Shown piece after piece: positions 27,442 through 36,481 of a stretch of 64,000 bases of DNA (within the stretch, counting starts at the first letter, position 1; the number at the start of each line of letters is the position of its first letter). This stretch comes from Isoptericola halotolerans (GTDB lineage Bacteria; Actinomycetota; Actinomycetes; Actinomycetales; Cellulomonadaceae), in contig NZ_JABEZU010000004.1 of NCBI RefSeq assembly GCF_013149785.1, positions 248,001 to 312,000 on the forward strand, written 5' to 3'. The notes beneath the pieces are model-generated. The model ran no database searches. It saw nothing but the letters and a program-made list of their open reading frames with translations, and had not been told where the DNA came from. Made by a program: the position numbers and the translations under genes.

Positions 27442-28464
27442 TCAGTCCCCTCGCGGGGCGGCCGTGCTGCCCCGGTCGATCAGCTCGGGCGAGACGAACC
27501 GCACCAGGTGCGGCTCGTCGGGTCCCGCCTGACCCTCGATGCGGCGCACGAGCTCGCGCACGGCCATGCGGCCGAGACGGTCGGGTGCGCTCTCGATCGA
27601 GGAGTACGGCAGGGAGAACGTGCGGGCGAACTCGTCCGAGTAGCGCCCGACGACGGACAGGTCGGCCGGCGCGGAGAGCTTGCGGTCGTGCAGCACGGTC
27701 GGCAGCGCCGCCGCGGCGGCCTCGTTGTTGATGAGCAGGCCCGTGGCGCGGGGATGGGCGTCCAGCAGCGCGTGCAGGTCGCGGCCGACGTCGGGCTGGT
27801 GCGCCGCGCCGAACGCGGCGTGCAGGGTGATGCCCCGGGCGCGCGCGGCCTCGACGGCGGCGTTCTGCAGCCGCCAGACGTAGGCGCCGCCGCGCTCGAC
27901 GACGTGCTCCGGCTGCGACACGAGGACCAGCTCACGGTGGCCGAGGCGGTGCAGGTGCTCCACCATCGTGCGGCCGGCGTCCTCGAAGTCGAGGTCGAAG
28001 ACGTCCACGCCGGTGCAGTCCGCGGGCAGCCCGACGAGCGCACCCGGCTGCGGGGCGTCGCGCAGGATGGGCAGGCGGTCGTCGTGCTCGGCCACGTTGA
28101 GCAGCACGATGCCGTCGACCATGCGCGAGTCGGTCATGCGGCGCAGTGCGTTCCGGCCGTCGGCCTCGGTGGACAGCAGGATGTCGTAGCCGAGCTCGCG
28201 GGCGGTGTTCGAGACCCCGAGCATGTACTGCAGCATCGCGGGGGCGAACTCGTCCTCGAGGAACTGGGCGAGCAGACCGATCACGCGGGTCTGCGAGGTG
28301 GCGAGGGCCCGCGCACCGGCGTTCGGGGTGTAGCCGAGCTCGCGGACGGCGTCCTCGACGCGGCGACGGACGTCGACGGAGATCGTGCGCTTGCCGGACA
28401 GCGCGTAGGACGCCGTGCTGCGCGAGACCCCCGCGACGCGGGCGACGTCCCCGATGGTGGCCAC
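27442..28464 (-). CDS. LacI family regulator
   Basis: TIGDVARVAGVSRST.S, LGYTPN..ARAL. Confidence 0.93.
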   Translation of the reverse strand: MATIGDVARVAGVSRSTASYALSGKRTISVDVRRRVEDAVRELGYTPNAGARALATSQTRVIGLLAQFLEDEFAPAMLQYMLGVSNTARELGYDILLSTEADGRNALRRMTDSRMVDGIVLLNVAEHDDRLPILRDAPQPGALVGLPADCTGVDVFDLDFEDAGRTMVEHLHRLGHRELVLVSQPEHVVERGGAYVWRLQNAAVEAARARGITLHAAFGAAHQPDVGRDLHALLDAHPRATGLLINNEAAAAALPTVLHDRKLSAPADLSVVGRYSDEFARTFSLPYSSIESAPDRLGRMAVRELVRRIEGQAGPDEPHLVRFVSPELIDRGSTAAPRGD

Positions 28465-28494
28465 CGTGCCTCCTCGATCTCCGTTGAACTCTTG

Positions 28495-28593
28495 CGAACC
28501 GGTTCGACACTAACCTACGTGTTCCAGGTCACGCAAGGGGCGTGACACGACCGTGATCCAGCCGTTTTCCGCGGCAATCATCGAACCGATTCG
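28495..28593. promoter_or_regulatory. Two LacI-type operators upstream of the LacI gene
   Basis: CGAACCGGTTCG at 28495 and TCGAACCGATTCG at 28581. Confidence 0.68.
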
Positions 28594-28605
28594 CCTCTTT
28601 CAACG

Positions 28606-28837
28606 GACTCCGGCCTGACGAGCATGCGCCAGCGCGTCCGAGGGGTCGGCGGTCACGTCGAGGTGCAGAGCAGTACGCGCGTCCCGGCGATCGCCCCGGG
28701 GGCGCGAGCGCCACGCAGGAGGCCGACCGATGATCCGGCTCCTGATCGTCGACGACCACCCGATCGTCAGGGGCGGTCTGCGGGACACCTTCGCGGACGT
28801 CGAGGACGCCGTCGTGGTCGGGGAGGCCGCCTGCTGA
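28606..28837 (+). pseudogene. Two-component remnant: histidine kinase C-terminal fragment plus truncated receiver domain
   Basis: GLTSMRQRVRGVGGHVEVQS, then RBS AGGAGG and 28730-28837 MIRLLIVDDHPIVRGGLR...VVGEAAC-stop. Confidence 0.7.
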
Positions 28838-28914
28838 CGTGACGCCCCGGCCCTTGTCGGGCTGGTGCCTGGCACGCCTCGGTTCACCTGTCGCGGCACC
28901 TGTCCGAGAGGGCC

Positions 28915-28945
28915 TTGACCCCGACGCGACGTCATGGTTTGTACT
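28915..28945 (+). promoter_or_regulatory. Possible MerR-type promoter/operator
   Basis: TTGACC, then a 19-nt spacer overlapped by dyad ACC..GACG-CGA-CGTC..GGT, then TGTACT. Confidence 0.4.
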
Positions 28946-28984
28946 CGGCTGAGTTGATCGACGGCTCAGAGAGGGAGAAGGACC

Positions 28985-29911
28985 ATGACAGCTCCAGCAC
29001 CGACATCACAGGCACCGAGGCTCGTCCCGCCGGGGGTGGAGTACCACCGGGTGCTGGCGGGAGAGAAGCGACGCATCGGCCGCGGCATCCTCGCCATCGC
29101 CCTGCTGTTCATCGGCATGTTCGGCGCGACCGCGTTGCTGAGCATCGTCGCCTCGTGGGCCGACGGGCTCCTGCGATCCGGAGGAGAGCCGGGCTCGATG
29201 TACACCTCGCCCGTGCTGCTCGCCTCGGGCCTGATCGGGGTCGCCCTGCTCATCCCGTTCAGCATGATCATCCAGCGCTGGCTCTACGGGGTGTCGCCCG
29301 CGTCGCTCCACTCGGTCGAGAGCCGCTTCCGTTTCGACCTGTTCGGGCGTGCGCTGGTGCTGATCGTGCCGCTCCTCGCGGTCGCGCTCTCCGTCACCGA
29401 GTTCGTGGAACCCGCCGGAACCGGCGTGTGGGACCGCCAGGACATCATCGGGGTGTTCCTCGTCGTCGTGCTCCTGGTGCCGCTCCAGGCCGCGGGTGAG
29501 GAGTACGGCCTCCGCGGGCTCGTCTTCCGCGTCGCGGGCAGCTGGGCTCGCGGTCGCACGGCGTCGCTCGTCATCGGCATCGCGATGTCTGCGCTGGTGT
29601 TCGCCGTGCTGCACCTCGCAGCCGACCCCTGGTGGAACGTCCTCTACGTCGTCGTGTCCGTCGCCACGGCACTCGTCACGTGGCGCACCGGAGGGATCGA
29701 GATCGCTGTCGTCATCCACAGCGTGTTCAACGTCCTCTACTTCAGCCTCGGGCTCGTGCCGCACGCCGACCTCGCCGACCGGTTCGACCGGTCCGTGGGT
29801 GCGATGACCCCGGCGCTGTTCGTGCCCGTGACCCTCGCCCTCGCCATCATCGTCGCGGTGGTCTGGGTTCGTACCCGGCGGTCAGGCCCGGTGACCACGC
29901 CGTCGACCTGA
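28985..29911 (+). CDS. CPBP (CAAX/Abi) intramembrane metalloprotease
   Basis: EE..LRG, F.VLH, H...N motifs; multiple TM helices. Confidence 0.88.
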   Translation: MTAPAPTSQAPRLVPPGVEYHRVLAGEKRRIGRGILAIALLFIGMFGATALLSIVASWADGLLRSGGEPGSMYTSPVLLASGLIGVALLIPFSMIIQRWLYGVSPASLHSVESRFRFDLFGRALVLIVPLLAVALSVTEFVEPAGTGVWDRQDIIGVFLVVVLLVPLQAAGEEYGLRGLVFRVAGSWARGRTASLVIGIAMSALVFAVLHLAADPWWNVLYVVVSVATALVTWRTGGIEIAVVIHSVFNVLYFSLGLVPHADLADRFDRSVGAMTPALFVPVTLALAIIVAVVWVRTRRSGPVTTPST

Positions 29912-29988
29912 GTGGTGTCGCTGCGCGAGGGGTCCTCCCCTCGCGCAGCGGGACCGCCTCTGTCGGTCCCGTCCGGCAGGCTGTGCCC

Positions 29989-30597
29989 ATGACCCAGGAG
30001 ACGACGCCGGCCATCGTCGGACGCTGCTTCGGCGACGGCGACCCGCTCTACGCCGCGTACCACGACACGGAGTGGGGCCACCCCGTGCACGGCGAGGCCG
30101 AGCTCCTCGAACGGATCGCCCTGGAGGGCTTCCAGTCCGGGCTGTCCTGGCTGACCATCCTGCGCAAGCGCGACGCGTTCCGGGAGGTGTTCCACGGCTT
30201 CGCGCCCGAGCGGGTGGCGGCGATGACGCCCGACGACGTCGAGCGGCTCCTGGGCGACGCCCGCATCGTGCGCAACCGCGCCAAGGTCGAGGCCACCGTC
30301 TCCAACGGCCGCGCCGTCCTGGCTCTGCACGAGTCCGGCCGCACACTCGACGAGCTGTTCTGGTCCTTCGCTCCCCCGCCCCGGACAGAACGGCTCGCCA
30401 CCTGGCAGGACGTCCCGGCGGCCACCGACGAGTCGAAGGCGCTGGCCAAGGCCCTCAAGAAGGAGGGCTTCCGGTTCTTCGGGCCGACGACGGCGTACGC
30501 GGCCATGCAGGCGTGCGGGCTGGTCGACGACCACCTCGCCACGTGCCCGACGGTCACCGGCGCGAGCCCGTCCGCGCCCGAGGGCCGGACGCTCTGA
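29989..30597 (+). CDS. tag: DNA-3-methyladenine glycosylase I
   Basis: YHDTEWG, LEGFQSGLSWLTILRKR, GFRFFGPTT, DDH...C. Confidence 0.93.
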   Translation: MTQETTPAIVGRCFGDGDPLYAAYHDTEWGHPVHGEAELLERIALEGFQSGLSWLTILRKRDAFREVFHGFAPERVAAMTPDDVERLLGDARIVRNRAKVEATVSNGRAVLALHESGRTLDELFWSFAPPPRTERLATWQDVPAATDESKALAKALKKEGFRFFGPTTAYAAMQACGLVDDHLATCPTVTGASPSAPEGRTL

Positions 30598-30607
30598 GCC
30601 GGCGGGG

Positions 30608-31258
30608 CTAAGCCGTCGCCGAAGGAGTCGAGCCCGCGGGCGCGGCATAGCGTGCGGCGATCGTGCGAGCGGCCTCGTCGACGGCGCGGAGCTGCTCGTC
30701 GTCGGTGATCGTCCAGGTCCCGTGCACGAGGCGCGGCCAGAAGATCGCGGACGCGATCATGCCGAGAAACTGGGCCGACGCAGTGTCCAGGTCCTCGATC
30801 CTGGCGGATCCCGCCTCGTGCTCCGCTCGGAGATAGCGTCCGAGGGCCGCGAGCACGGGCAACGTGCCGAAGTCGAAGGTGCGCTCACGCAGCTCGGGGA
30901 ATCGTGGCGACTCGGCGATGACCACCCGCATCAGGGCGACCATGCGGGGGCGGGTCAACAGCTCCGCATACGCGCGACCCAGCGCCACCAGGCCTGCGTG
31001 GAGGTCCCCCGTCCGAGGGTCCGCGACCTCGGCGTCGGGCGGCCCGCCCGCTGTGAGCACCGTCGCCTCGAACAGCTCGGCCTTCGTCGGAAACTGCTTG
31101 AACAGGGTCGCCTTGGAGACGCCCGCGTCCTGGGCGACGCGTGCCAGCGACGTGCGGTCGTACCCGGACTCGAGGAACAGTCGCACCGCCGCGTCGAGGA
31201 TCGCCGCGCGGTTCGTCGCGGCGACATCGCGGTGGTACGAGGGGAGCGGACGTGTCAC
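30608..31258 (-). CDS. TetR/AcrR family regulator
   Basis: TSLARVAQDAGVSKATLFKQFPTK. Confidence 0.9.
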   Translation of the reverse strand: MTRPLPSYHRDVAATNRAAILDAAVRLFLESGYDRTSLARVAQDAGVSKATLFKQFPTKAELFEATVLTAGGPPDAEVADPRTGDLHAGLVALGRAYAELLTRPRMVALMRVVIAESPRFPELRERTFDFGTLPVLAALGRYLRAEHEAGSARIEDLDTASAQFLGMIASAIFWPRLVHGTWTITDDEQLRAVDEAARTIAARYAAPAGSTPSATA

Positions 31259-31500
31259 TCGCCCAGTATGTCGACTCAGTAGTCACGAATCAGGATGAAG
31301 CGTTCAGCGGTTCCACGCAGTTGAGGTGAGTGATCTGGCACTGCGGGCCTCATCGGCCTCATGTGGGGTCTCGATGAAGACCCTGGGACGCGACGACCGC
31401 CCCGATGGGCCACGACCAGTGCCGGCGACGTCATCGCCAGGCTGGAGGCCGGCCGGCGTGCGGCGCGCAAGGCGTTACGCCCAGCACCCCAGCGGTCCTG

Positions 31501-31570
31501 GAGGCGAGTCGGTTGACTCACCTCATGGCAACCGGTACTTTCGGTAGAGGCAAGTCGCCTGACTCACCTC
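31501..31570. promoter_or_regulatory. Two 24-bp palindromic operators
   Basis: GAGGCGAGTC-GGTT-GACTCACCTC and GAGGCAAGTC-GCCT-GACTCACCTC. Confidence 0.65.
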
Positions 31571-31587
31571 TACCGGAGGAGCAGATC

Positions 31588-32139
31588 ATGGCCCGAGTGA
31601 TCGTCCACGCAACGATGACCGTCGACGGGTTCATCGCGGACGCGGACGGCGGGGTCGACTGGATGTTCGGCCGACCCTCTGCTCCCGAGGACGACGACGT
31701 CGTCGAGAAGGTCGTCCGCCGCATCGGGGCCGTCGTCGGAGGAGCGAACACGACGCAGACCATCGTCGACGGCGAGATCCCCTACGGCGGCATGCTGAAG
31801 GTGCCGGTGTACCTCATGACCCGCACCGCGCACGAGCCGATCGAGCGGGACGGCATCACCTACACCTTCGTGGTCGACGACGTCGCGCGGGCGGTCGAGT
31901 CGGCCAAGCAGGCGGCGGGCGACAAGTGGGTCAGCCTGCTCGGAGGAAGCATCTCGCGGCAGTGCCTCCGGCTCGGACTCGTCGACGAGCTCCACCTCGA
32001 CGTCGCACCGTTCCTGCTCGGTGAGGGCATCTCGCTCTTCGCCGGTCTGGGTCAGCGCATCGAGCTGGAACGCCTCGAGACGTCGGCCTTCGCGAGCGAG
32101 ACCCACCTTCGCTACCGCGTCCTTCGCTCGGTGTACTGA
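31588..32139 (+). CDS. Dihydrofolate reductase/RibD C-terminal family protein
   Basis: TVDGFIA...DW, GG, LVDELHL.VAP.LLG.G..LF; RBS GGAGGAG. Confidence 0.85.
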   Translation: MARVIVHATMTVDGFIADADGGVDWMFGRPSAPEDDDVVEKVVRRIGAVVGGANTTQTIVDGEIPYGGMLKVPVYLMTRTAHEPIERDGITYTFVVDDVARAVESAKQAAGDKWVSLLGGSISRQCLRLGLVDELHLDVAPFLLGEGISLFAGLGQRIELERLETSAFASETHLRYRVLRSVY

Positions 32140-32336
32140 CTCGGCACGTTGTCGACGCGGTCGATGGGGCGTAGGCCGCCGATGCCGGTGTGGAGGTCGT
32201 CGAAACCCGAGGCCGCGTCGGCGGTGCGCGAGACACCCGTCTCAGCCGCGACGCGCCACCCGGGCGTCCTGCCGGTCACCTGACGAGGCCGGCCTCACCG
32301 CACCGGCGTCCGCTCGGGTGGCGGTCGTGCGAGCGG

Positions 32337-32417
32337 TCACACCTCGATGGCGAGCCGCGTGACGCGTCCGGCGTCGAGCTCGAACTGGTGCCGGAGGGTC
32401 ACGACGCCGCCGGGGAA
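32337..32417 (-). pseudogene. C-terminal fragment of a SnoaL/NTF2-like gene
   Basis: Hand translation FPGGVVTLRHQFELDAGRVTRLAIEV-stop, with no matching N-terminus. Confidence 0.45.
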
Positions 32418-32419
32418 GT

Positions 32420-32562
32420 ACGCGCAGGGCTCGCTCGAGCGGCACGAGGAACTCATCAGCCTCTGCGCGGCGCGAGACGCCGAGGGTGCCGCGGCGGTCG
32501 CCTCCCGGCTGTGGGAGGGCCTGCCGGCCGACCCGGCAGGCGACCGGCCGACAGCGGGCTAA
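32420..32562 (+). pseudogene. C-terminal fragment of a GntR (FCD) regulator
   Basis: SLERHEELISLCAARDAEGAAAVASRLWEGL; no HTH upstream. Confidence 0.45.
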
Positions 32563-33008
32563 CCGTCCGCGTCGCCCGGAGCCACCTCGTGCCCCGGGCG
32601 GCCTCGCGTCCGGCGCTCCTGCTTCATCCGGGCCTCCCACAGGTGCCGCACCCCGCCTGCGAGCGCCTCGCGCGCACTGCGCTCGTGGTCGCGGAAGACC
32701 TGCCAGTACCCGTCGTCGTAGTCCTCGACGATCTGGAACGTCCACCGGCCGGGGAGCACGTTGCGCCCGACGAGGTCCTCGGAGATCCGGCGCGCGACGT
32801 CGTCGTGCCCCGCCTCGCGCAGCTTGTCCACCGCGTCGCCGAGGGCCAGGTCGGCCTCGCCGGTGAGCTGGTGGAACGTGTACAGGTGCCCGCGGGCACG
32901 CTCGACGGTCTCCAACGCCTCGCTCAGCATCCCGAGCGCCTCGACGGTCGCGTCCGTGACCCCCGCGGGGGTCTGGTGCTCGCCGTCGGGCAGGTCGGTG
33001 TCGCTCAT
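32559..33008 (-). CDS. Conserved hypothetical helical protein
   Basis: Typical codon bias; TAGCAT 6 nt before ATG. Confidence 0.75.
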   Translation of the reverse strand: MSDTDLPDGEHQTPAGVTDATVEALGMLSEALETVERARGHLYTFHQLTGEADLALGDAVDKLREAGHDDVARRISEDLVGRNVLPGRWTFQIVEDYDDGYWQVFRDHERSAREALAGGVRHLWEARMKQERRTRGRPGHEVAPGDADG

Positions 33009-33038
33009 CGCCGCATGCTAGGCACGGGAGCGACCTGC

Positions 33039-33500
33039 TCACCCGTCGGAGCGGCGGCCCGGCTCGTCGGTGCCGCGCAGCGCGGACCACGCGCCCGTCG
33101 ACCAGAGTGCGGCGGCGATCAGCACCGCCTGGAACGGCAACCGCGCGAGCCGCTTGGCGTCGGTGTCCAGCCCGAACCCGTCCTTGCCCTCGAGCCACTG
33201 GGCGACGTTCCCGGGGAAGATCACCACGAAGAACGCCGCTGCCGCCAGCCCCACGGCGACCTTCCAGCGCGACAGCACCACCAGCGACCCGCCGAGGACG
33301 ATCTCGACCACGCCCGAGGCCAGGACCGTGACGTCCTCGTCCACCGGCAACCAGCCGGGCACCTGAGCCTGGAACTCCCCGCGCGCCGTCGTCAGGTGCG
33401 ACACGCCGGCACCCACGAGCGCCAGCCCGAGCACGATCCGCGTCAGCGTACGCGGCACGGAGGTACGAGGGGCGGGCCGGGTCAGCACGGAGAGATCCAT
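33039..33500 (-). CDS. DoxX-like membrane protein
   Basis: AG..H, QVP.WLP, SGVVE, FPGN, RLPFQ. Confidence 0.8.
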   Translation of the reverse strand: MDLSVLTRPAPRTSVPRTLTRIVLGLALVGAGVSHLTTARGEFQAQVPGWLPVDEDVTVLASGVVEIVLGGSLVVLSRWKVAVGLAAAAFFVVIFPGNVAQWLEGKDGFGLDTDAKRLARLPFQAVLIAAALWSTGAWSALRGTDEPGRRSDG

Positions 33501-33610
33501 GGCAGCGATGGTGGCACCGTGCGCGGAGGCCCGCGACCTGGTCTGATAGCGGCGTGGACGGCTCCGGAGGGGCCGGCACGCCCGGCCGTCCACGATCGGA
33601 GGAAGTCCGC

Positions 33611-34759
33611 ATGATGACCCAGACACCGCACCCGTCGCAGCGGCCGCACCTGGCCGCCGTGATCGAGGACCGCTTCTACGACGTGGCCGGTTGGTTGCTC
33701 GCCCGTGCCGGCTGGCGGCCCTGGATCGAGGCCTACACCGGGTACGGGTCGCCGGAGCGGGTACGGGTGCTCGCCCGGGTGCTGCTGGCCCGGCCCGGCC
33801 GGGTCGCGGGGGACTCCGCGTCGCGGGCCGGGCGGCGCGGCTTCCGGCACTTCCTCACCGTGCCCGCCCCCCACCGCCGTGTCGAGGTGCAGGTCGGCGG
33901 GGCCCACGAGGTCGTCCTCACCGACCGCGCGGGCTACCTCGACGTCCAGGTGGACGTCCCGGCCGACCCGCCGTTGCCGCCCGGATGGCAGCGTGCGCGC
34001 CTGCGGGACGTCGGAGCGCCGCCGACGGCGGACGACGCGGCCGGGCGCGGCGCCGTCGGGCCCCGGAGCTCCGTCGACGCGCCGCTCCTCGTCATCGACG
34101 GGCAGACCCGGTTCGGCGTGGTCAGCGACATCGACGACACCACGATGGTCACGTCGGTGCCGCGCCCGCTGCTCGCCGCGTGGAACACGTTCGTGCGCCA
34201 CTCCAGCGCACGGCGCGCGGTGCCGGGGATGCCCGAGCTCTACCGGGAGCTGCGCGACGCCCACCCCGAGAGCCCGTTCGTCTACGTCTCGACCGGCGCC
34301 TGGAACACCGCGGCGACGCTCCGGGCGTTCCTCGCCCGCAACGCCTATCCTCCGGGGCCGCTGCTGCTCACCGACTGGGGCCCCACGATGACCGGCTGGT
34401 TCCGCAGCGGGGAGGCCCACAAGGACGCGAGCCTCGCCCTCCTGATGGACTGGTTCCCGCACGTGCGGTGGCTGCTGGTCGGCGACGACGGCCAGCACGA
34501 CACCGGCATCTACGCCCGCGCCGTCGAGCGGCGGCCCGGCCAGGTCGCAGCCGTCGCGATCCGCCGGCTCGGACGCACCGAGCACGTGCTCGCAGGCAAC
34601 CCGCCCGACGGCGGCCCGGGGGCCGGGCCGGAGGGTGCGGCGCTCGAGGGCTCCGGACGGCGGTCCGCCGTGCCGACCGTCACCGGGACGGACGGCCACG
34701 AGCTCGCCGACCGGTTGCGCGACGTGCCCGGCGTGCTCCCCTCCCCCCGCGACCGTTAG
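33611..34759 (+). CDS. App1 family phosphatidate phosphatase (DUF2183)
   Basis: VSDIDDT, YVSTGAWN, LVGDDGQHD. Confidence 0.85.
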   Translation: MMTQTPHPSQRPHLAAVIEDRFYDVAGWLLARAGWRPWIEAYTGYGSPERVRVLARVLLARPGRVAGDSASRAGRRGFRHFLTVPAPHRRVEVQVGGAHEVVLTDRAGYLDVQVDVPADPPLPPGWQRARLRDVGAPPTADDAAGRGAVGPRSSVDAPLLVIDGQTRFGVVSDIDDTTMVTSVPRPLLAAWNTFVRHSSARRAVPGMPELYRELRDAHPESPFVYVSTGAWNTAATLRAFLARNAYPPGPLLLTDWGPTMTGWFRSGEAHKDASLALLMDWFPHVRWLLVGDDGQHDTGIYARAVERRPGQVAAVAIRRLGRTEHVLAGNPPDGGPGAGPEGAALEGSGRRSAVPTVTGTDGHELADRLRDVPGVLPSPRDR

Positions 34760-34834
34760 GAACAGTAGCGAGACTCGACAGCGTGATCCGTGTCACCTTC
34801 GCAGGGCAACGAGGCAAACACGGAGGTGTCGACG

Positions 34835-36448
34835 ATGACCACGCTCGAGGTGACCGAGGAACGAGCCCGCCGCTCGGCGGGCCCACGACCAGGAGCTGAC
34901 GAGGAACACCTGCCGGGGGCGCGGCTGTGGATCGGGCGCGTCCTCGGCCCCGTCCTCGGGCTGGCCGCCTATCTCCTGCTGCCCCAGGACGCGGCGCTCA
35001 CGGACGGCGCCCGCGCCACCGCCGCCGTCGCGATCACGATGGCCGTGTGGTGGATGACCGAGGCGCTGCCGCTCGCGGTCACCTCGCTGGTGCCCATCGT
35101 CGCGTTCCCCGTCGCCGGGGTCCTGTCCGTCAACGACGCCACGGCGCCCTACGCCTCACCGACGGTGTTCCTGTTCATGGGCGGGTTCATGCTCGCCCTC
35201 GCCATGCAGAAGTGGAACCTGCACAAGCGGATCGCGCTGGTGGTGATGCGAGCGATCGGGACCAAGCCACGCCAGCTCGTGCTCGGCGTCATGATCGCCA
35301 CCGCGTTCCTGTCGATGTGGGTCAGCAACACCGCGACCACGTTGATGATGCTGCCCATCGGCATCAGCGTCCTCGCCCTGGTCGCGAGCCAGGACAAGGA
35401 CACCCGCACGAACGATGCCGGCGCTGCCGGCCCTGCCGAGGGCAAGGGCCCCGTGTCCCAGATGTTCGGGGACAAGGACACCCGGAACTTCGCCGTCTGC
35501 CTGATGCTCTCCATCGCGTTCGCCGCGACCATCGGAGGCCTCGCGACCCTGATCGGCAGCCCGCCGAACCTCATCCTGGCCGGGTTCGCCGAGGAGAGCC
35601 TCGACATGACGATCGGGTTCGCGGACTGGATGAAGATCGGCGTCCCGCTGTCGGCCGTGTTCCTCGTGGTGGCCTGGCTCCTGCTGACGAGGGTCGTCTA
35701 CCGGACCAGGCTGACCGACGTCGTCGGTGGGCGGGAGGTCATCGACGCCGAGCTCGCGAAGCTGGGCCGGATGTCGCGCGGCGAGTGGATCGTCGCGGCG
35801 GTCTTCACCACGACGGCGCTGCTGTGGGTGTTCCGCGACGTGCTCACCGACTCGGGGCTGCTGCCCTTCATGGAGCACGTCGACGACGCGATGATCGCCA
35901 TCGCGGCCGCGGTCGTGCTGTTCCTCGTCCCCGCCTCGTCGAAGCAGGGCAAGCCCGTCATGACGCTGGACTGGCGCACCGCACAGTCCGGCATCCCGTG
36001 GGGCGTGCTGCTGCTCTTCGGCGGCGGCCTCTCCCTGGCCCGGGCCGTGCAGGAGACCGAGCTGAGCGGCTACATCGGCACCCAGCTCGACGGGCTGGGC
36101 GTCCTGCCGGCCGTGCTGCTCGTGGCGGCGGTGTGCCTGGTGGTCCTGGCCCTCACCGAGCTCACCAGCAACACCGCCACCGCGGCGACGTTCCTGCCCG
36201 TCCTCGCCGGTGTGGCGCTGGGCATCGGCATCGACCCGATGCTGCTGCTGGTCCCGGCAGCCTTCGCCGCCACCTGCAGCTTCATGCTGCCGGTGGGCAC
36301 GCCCCCGAACGCGATCGTCTTCGGCTCCGGCTACGTCACGATGGGACAGATGCTGCGCGCCGGCGTCTGGCTCAACCTCATCGGCACGGTGCTGATCACC
36401 GGGGCGATGCTGCTGCTCGGCGGCTGGGCCCTGGGCATCACCGTCTGA
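34835..36448 (+). CDS. DASS/SLC13 di/tricarboxylate:sodium symporter
   Basis: SNTAT twice, GSPPN, FMLPVGTPPN. Confidence 0.92.
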   Translation: MTTLEVTEERARRSAGPRPGADEEHLPGARLWIGRVLGPVLGLAAYLLLPQDAALTDGARATAAVAITMAVWWMTEALPLAVTSLVPIVAFPVAGVLSVNDATAPYASPTVFLFMGGFMLALAMQKWNLHKRIALVVMRAIGTKPRQLVLGVMIATAFLSMWVSNTATTLMMLPIGISVLALVASQDKDTRTNDAGAAGPAEGKGPVSQMFGDKDTRNFAVCLMLSIAFAATIGGLATLIGSPPNLILAGFAEESLDMTIGFADWMKIGVPLSAVFLVVAWLLLTRVVYRTRLTDVVGGREVIDAELAKLGRMSRGEWIVAAVFTTTALLWVFRDVLTDSGLLPFMEHVDDAMIAIAAAVVLFLVPASSKQGKPVMTLDWRTAQSGIPWGVLLLFGGGLSLARAVQETELSGYIGTQLDGLGVLPAVLLVAAVCLVVLALTELTSNTATAATFLPVLAGVALGIGIDPMLLLVPAAFAATCSFMLPVGTPPNAIVFGSGYVTMGQMLRAGVWLNLIGTVLITGAMLLLGGWALGITV

Positions 36449-36481
36449 CGGTCGCGCCACGAGGCCTGGAACACTGAACCC

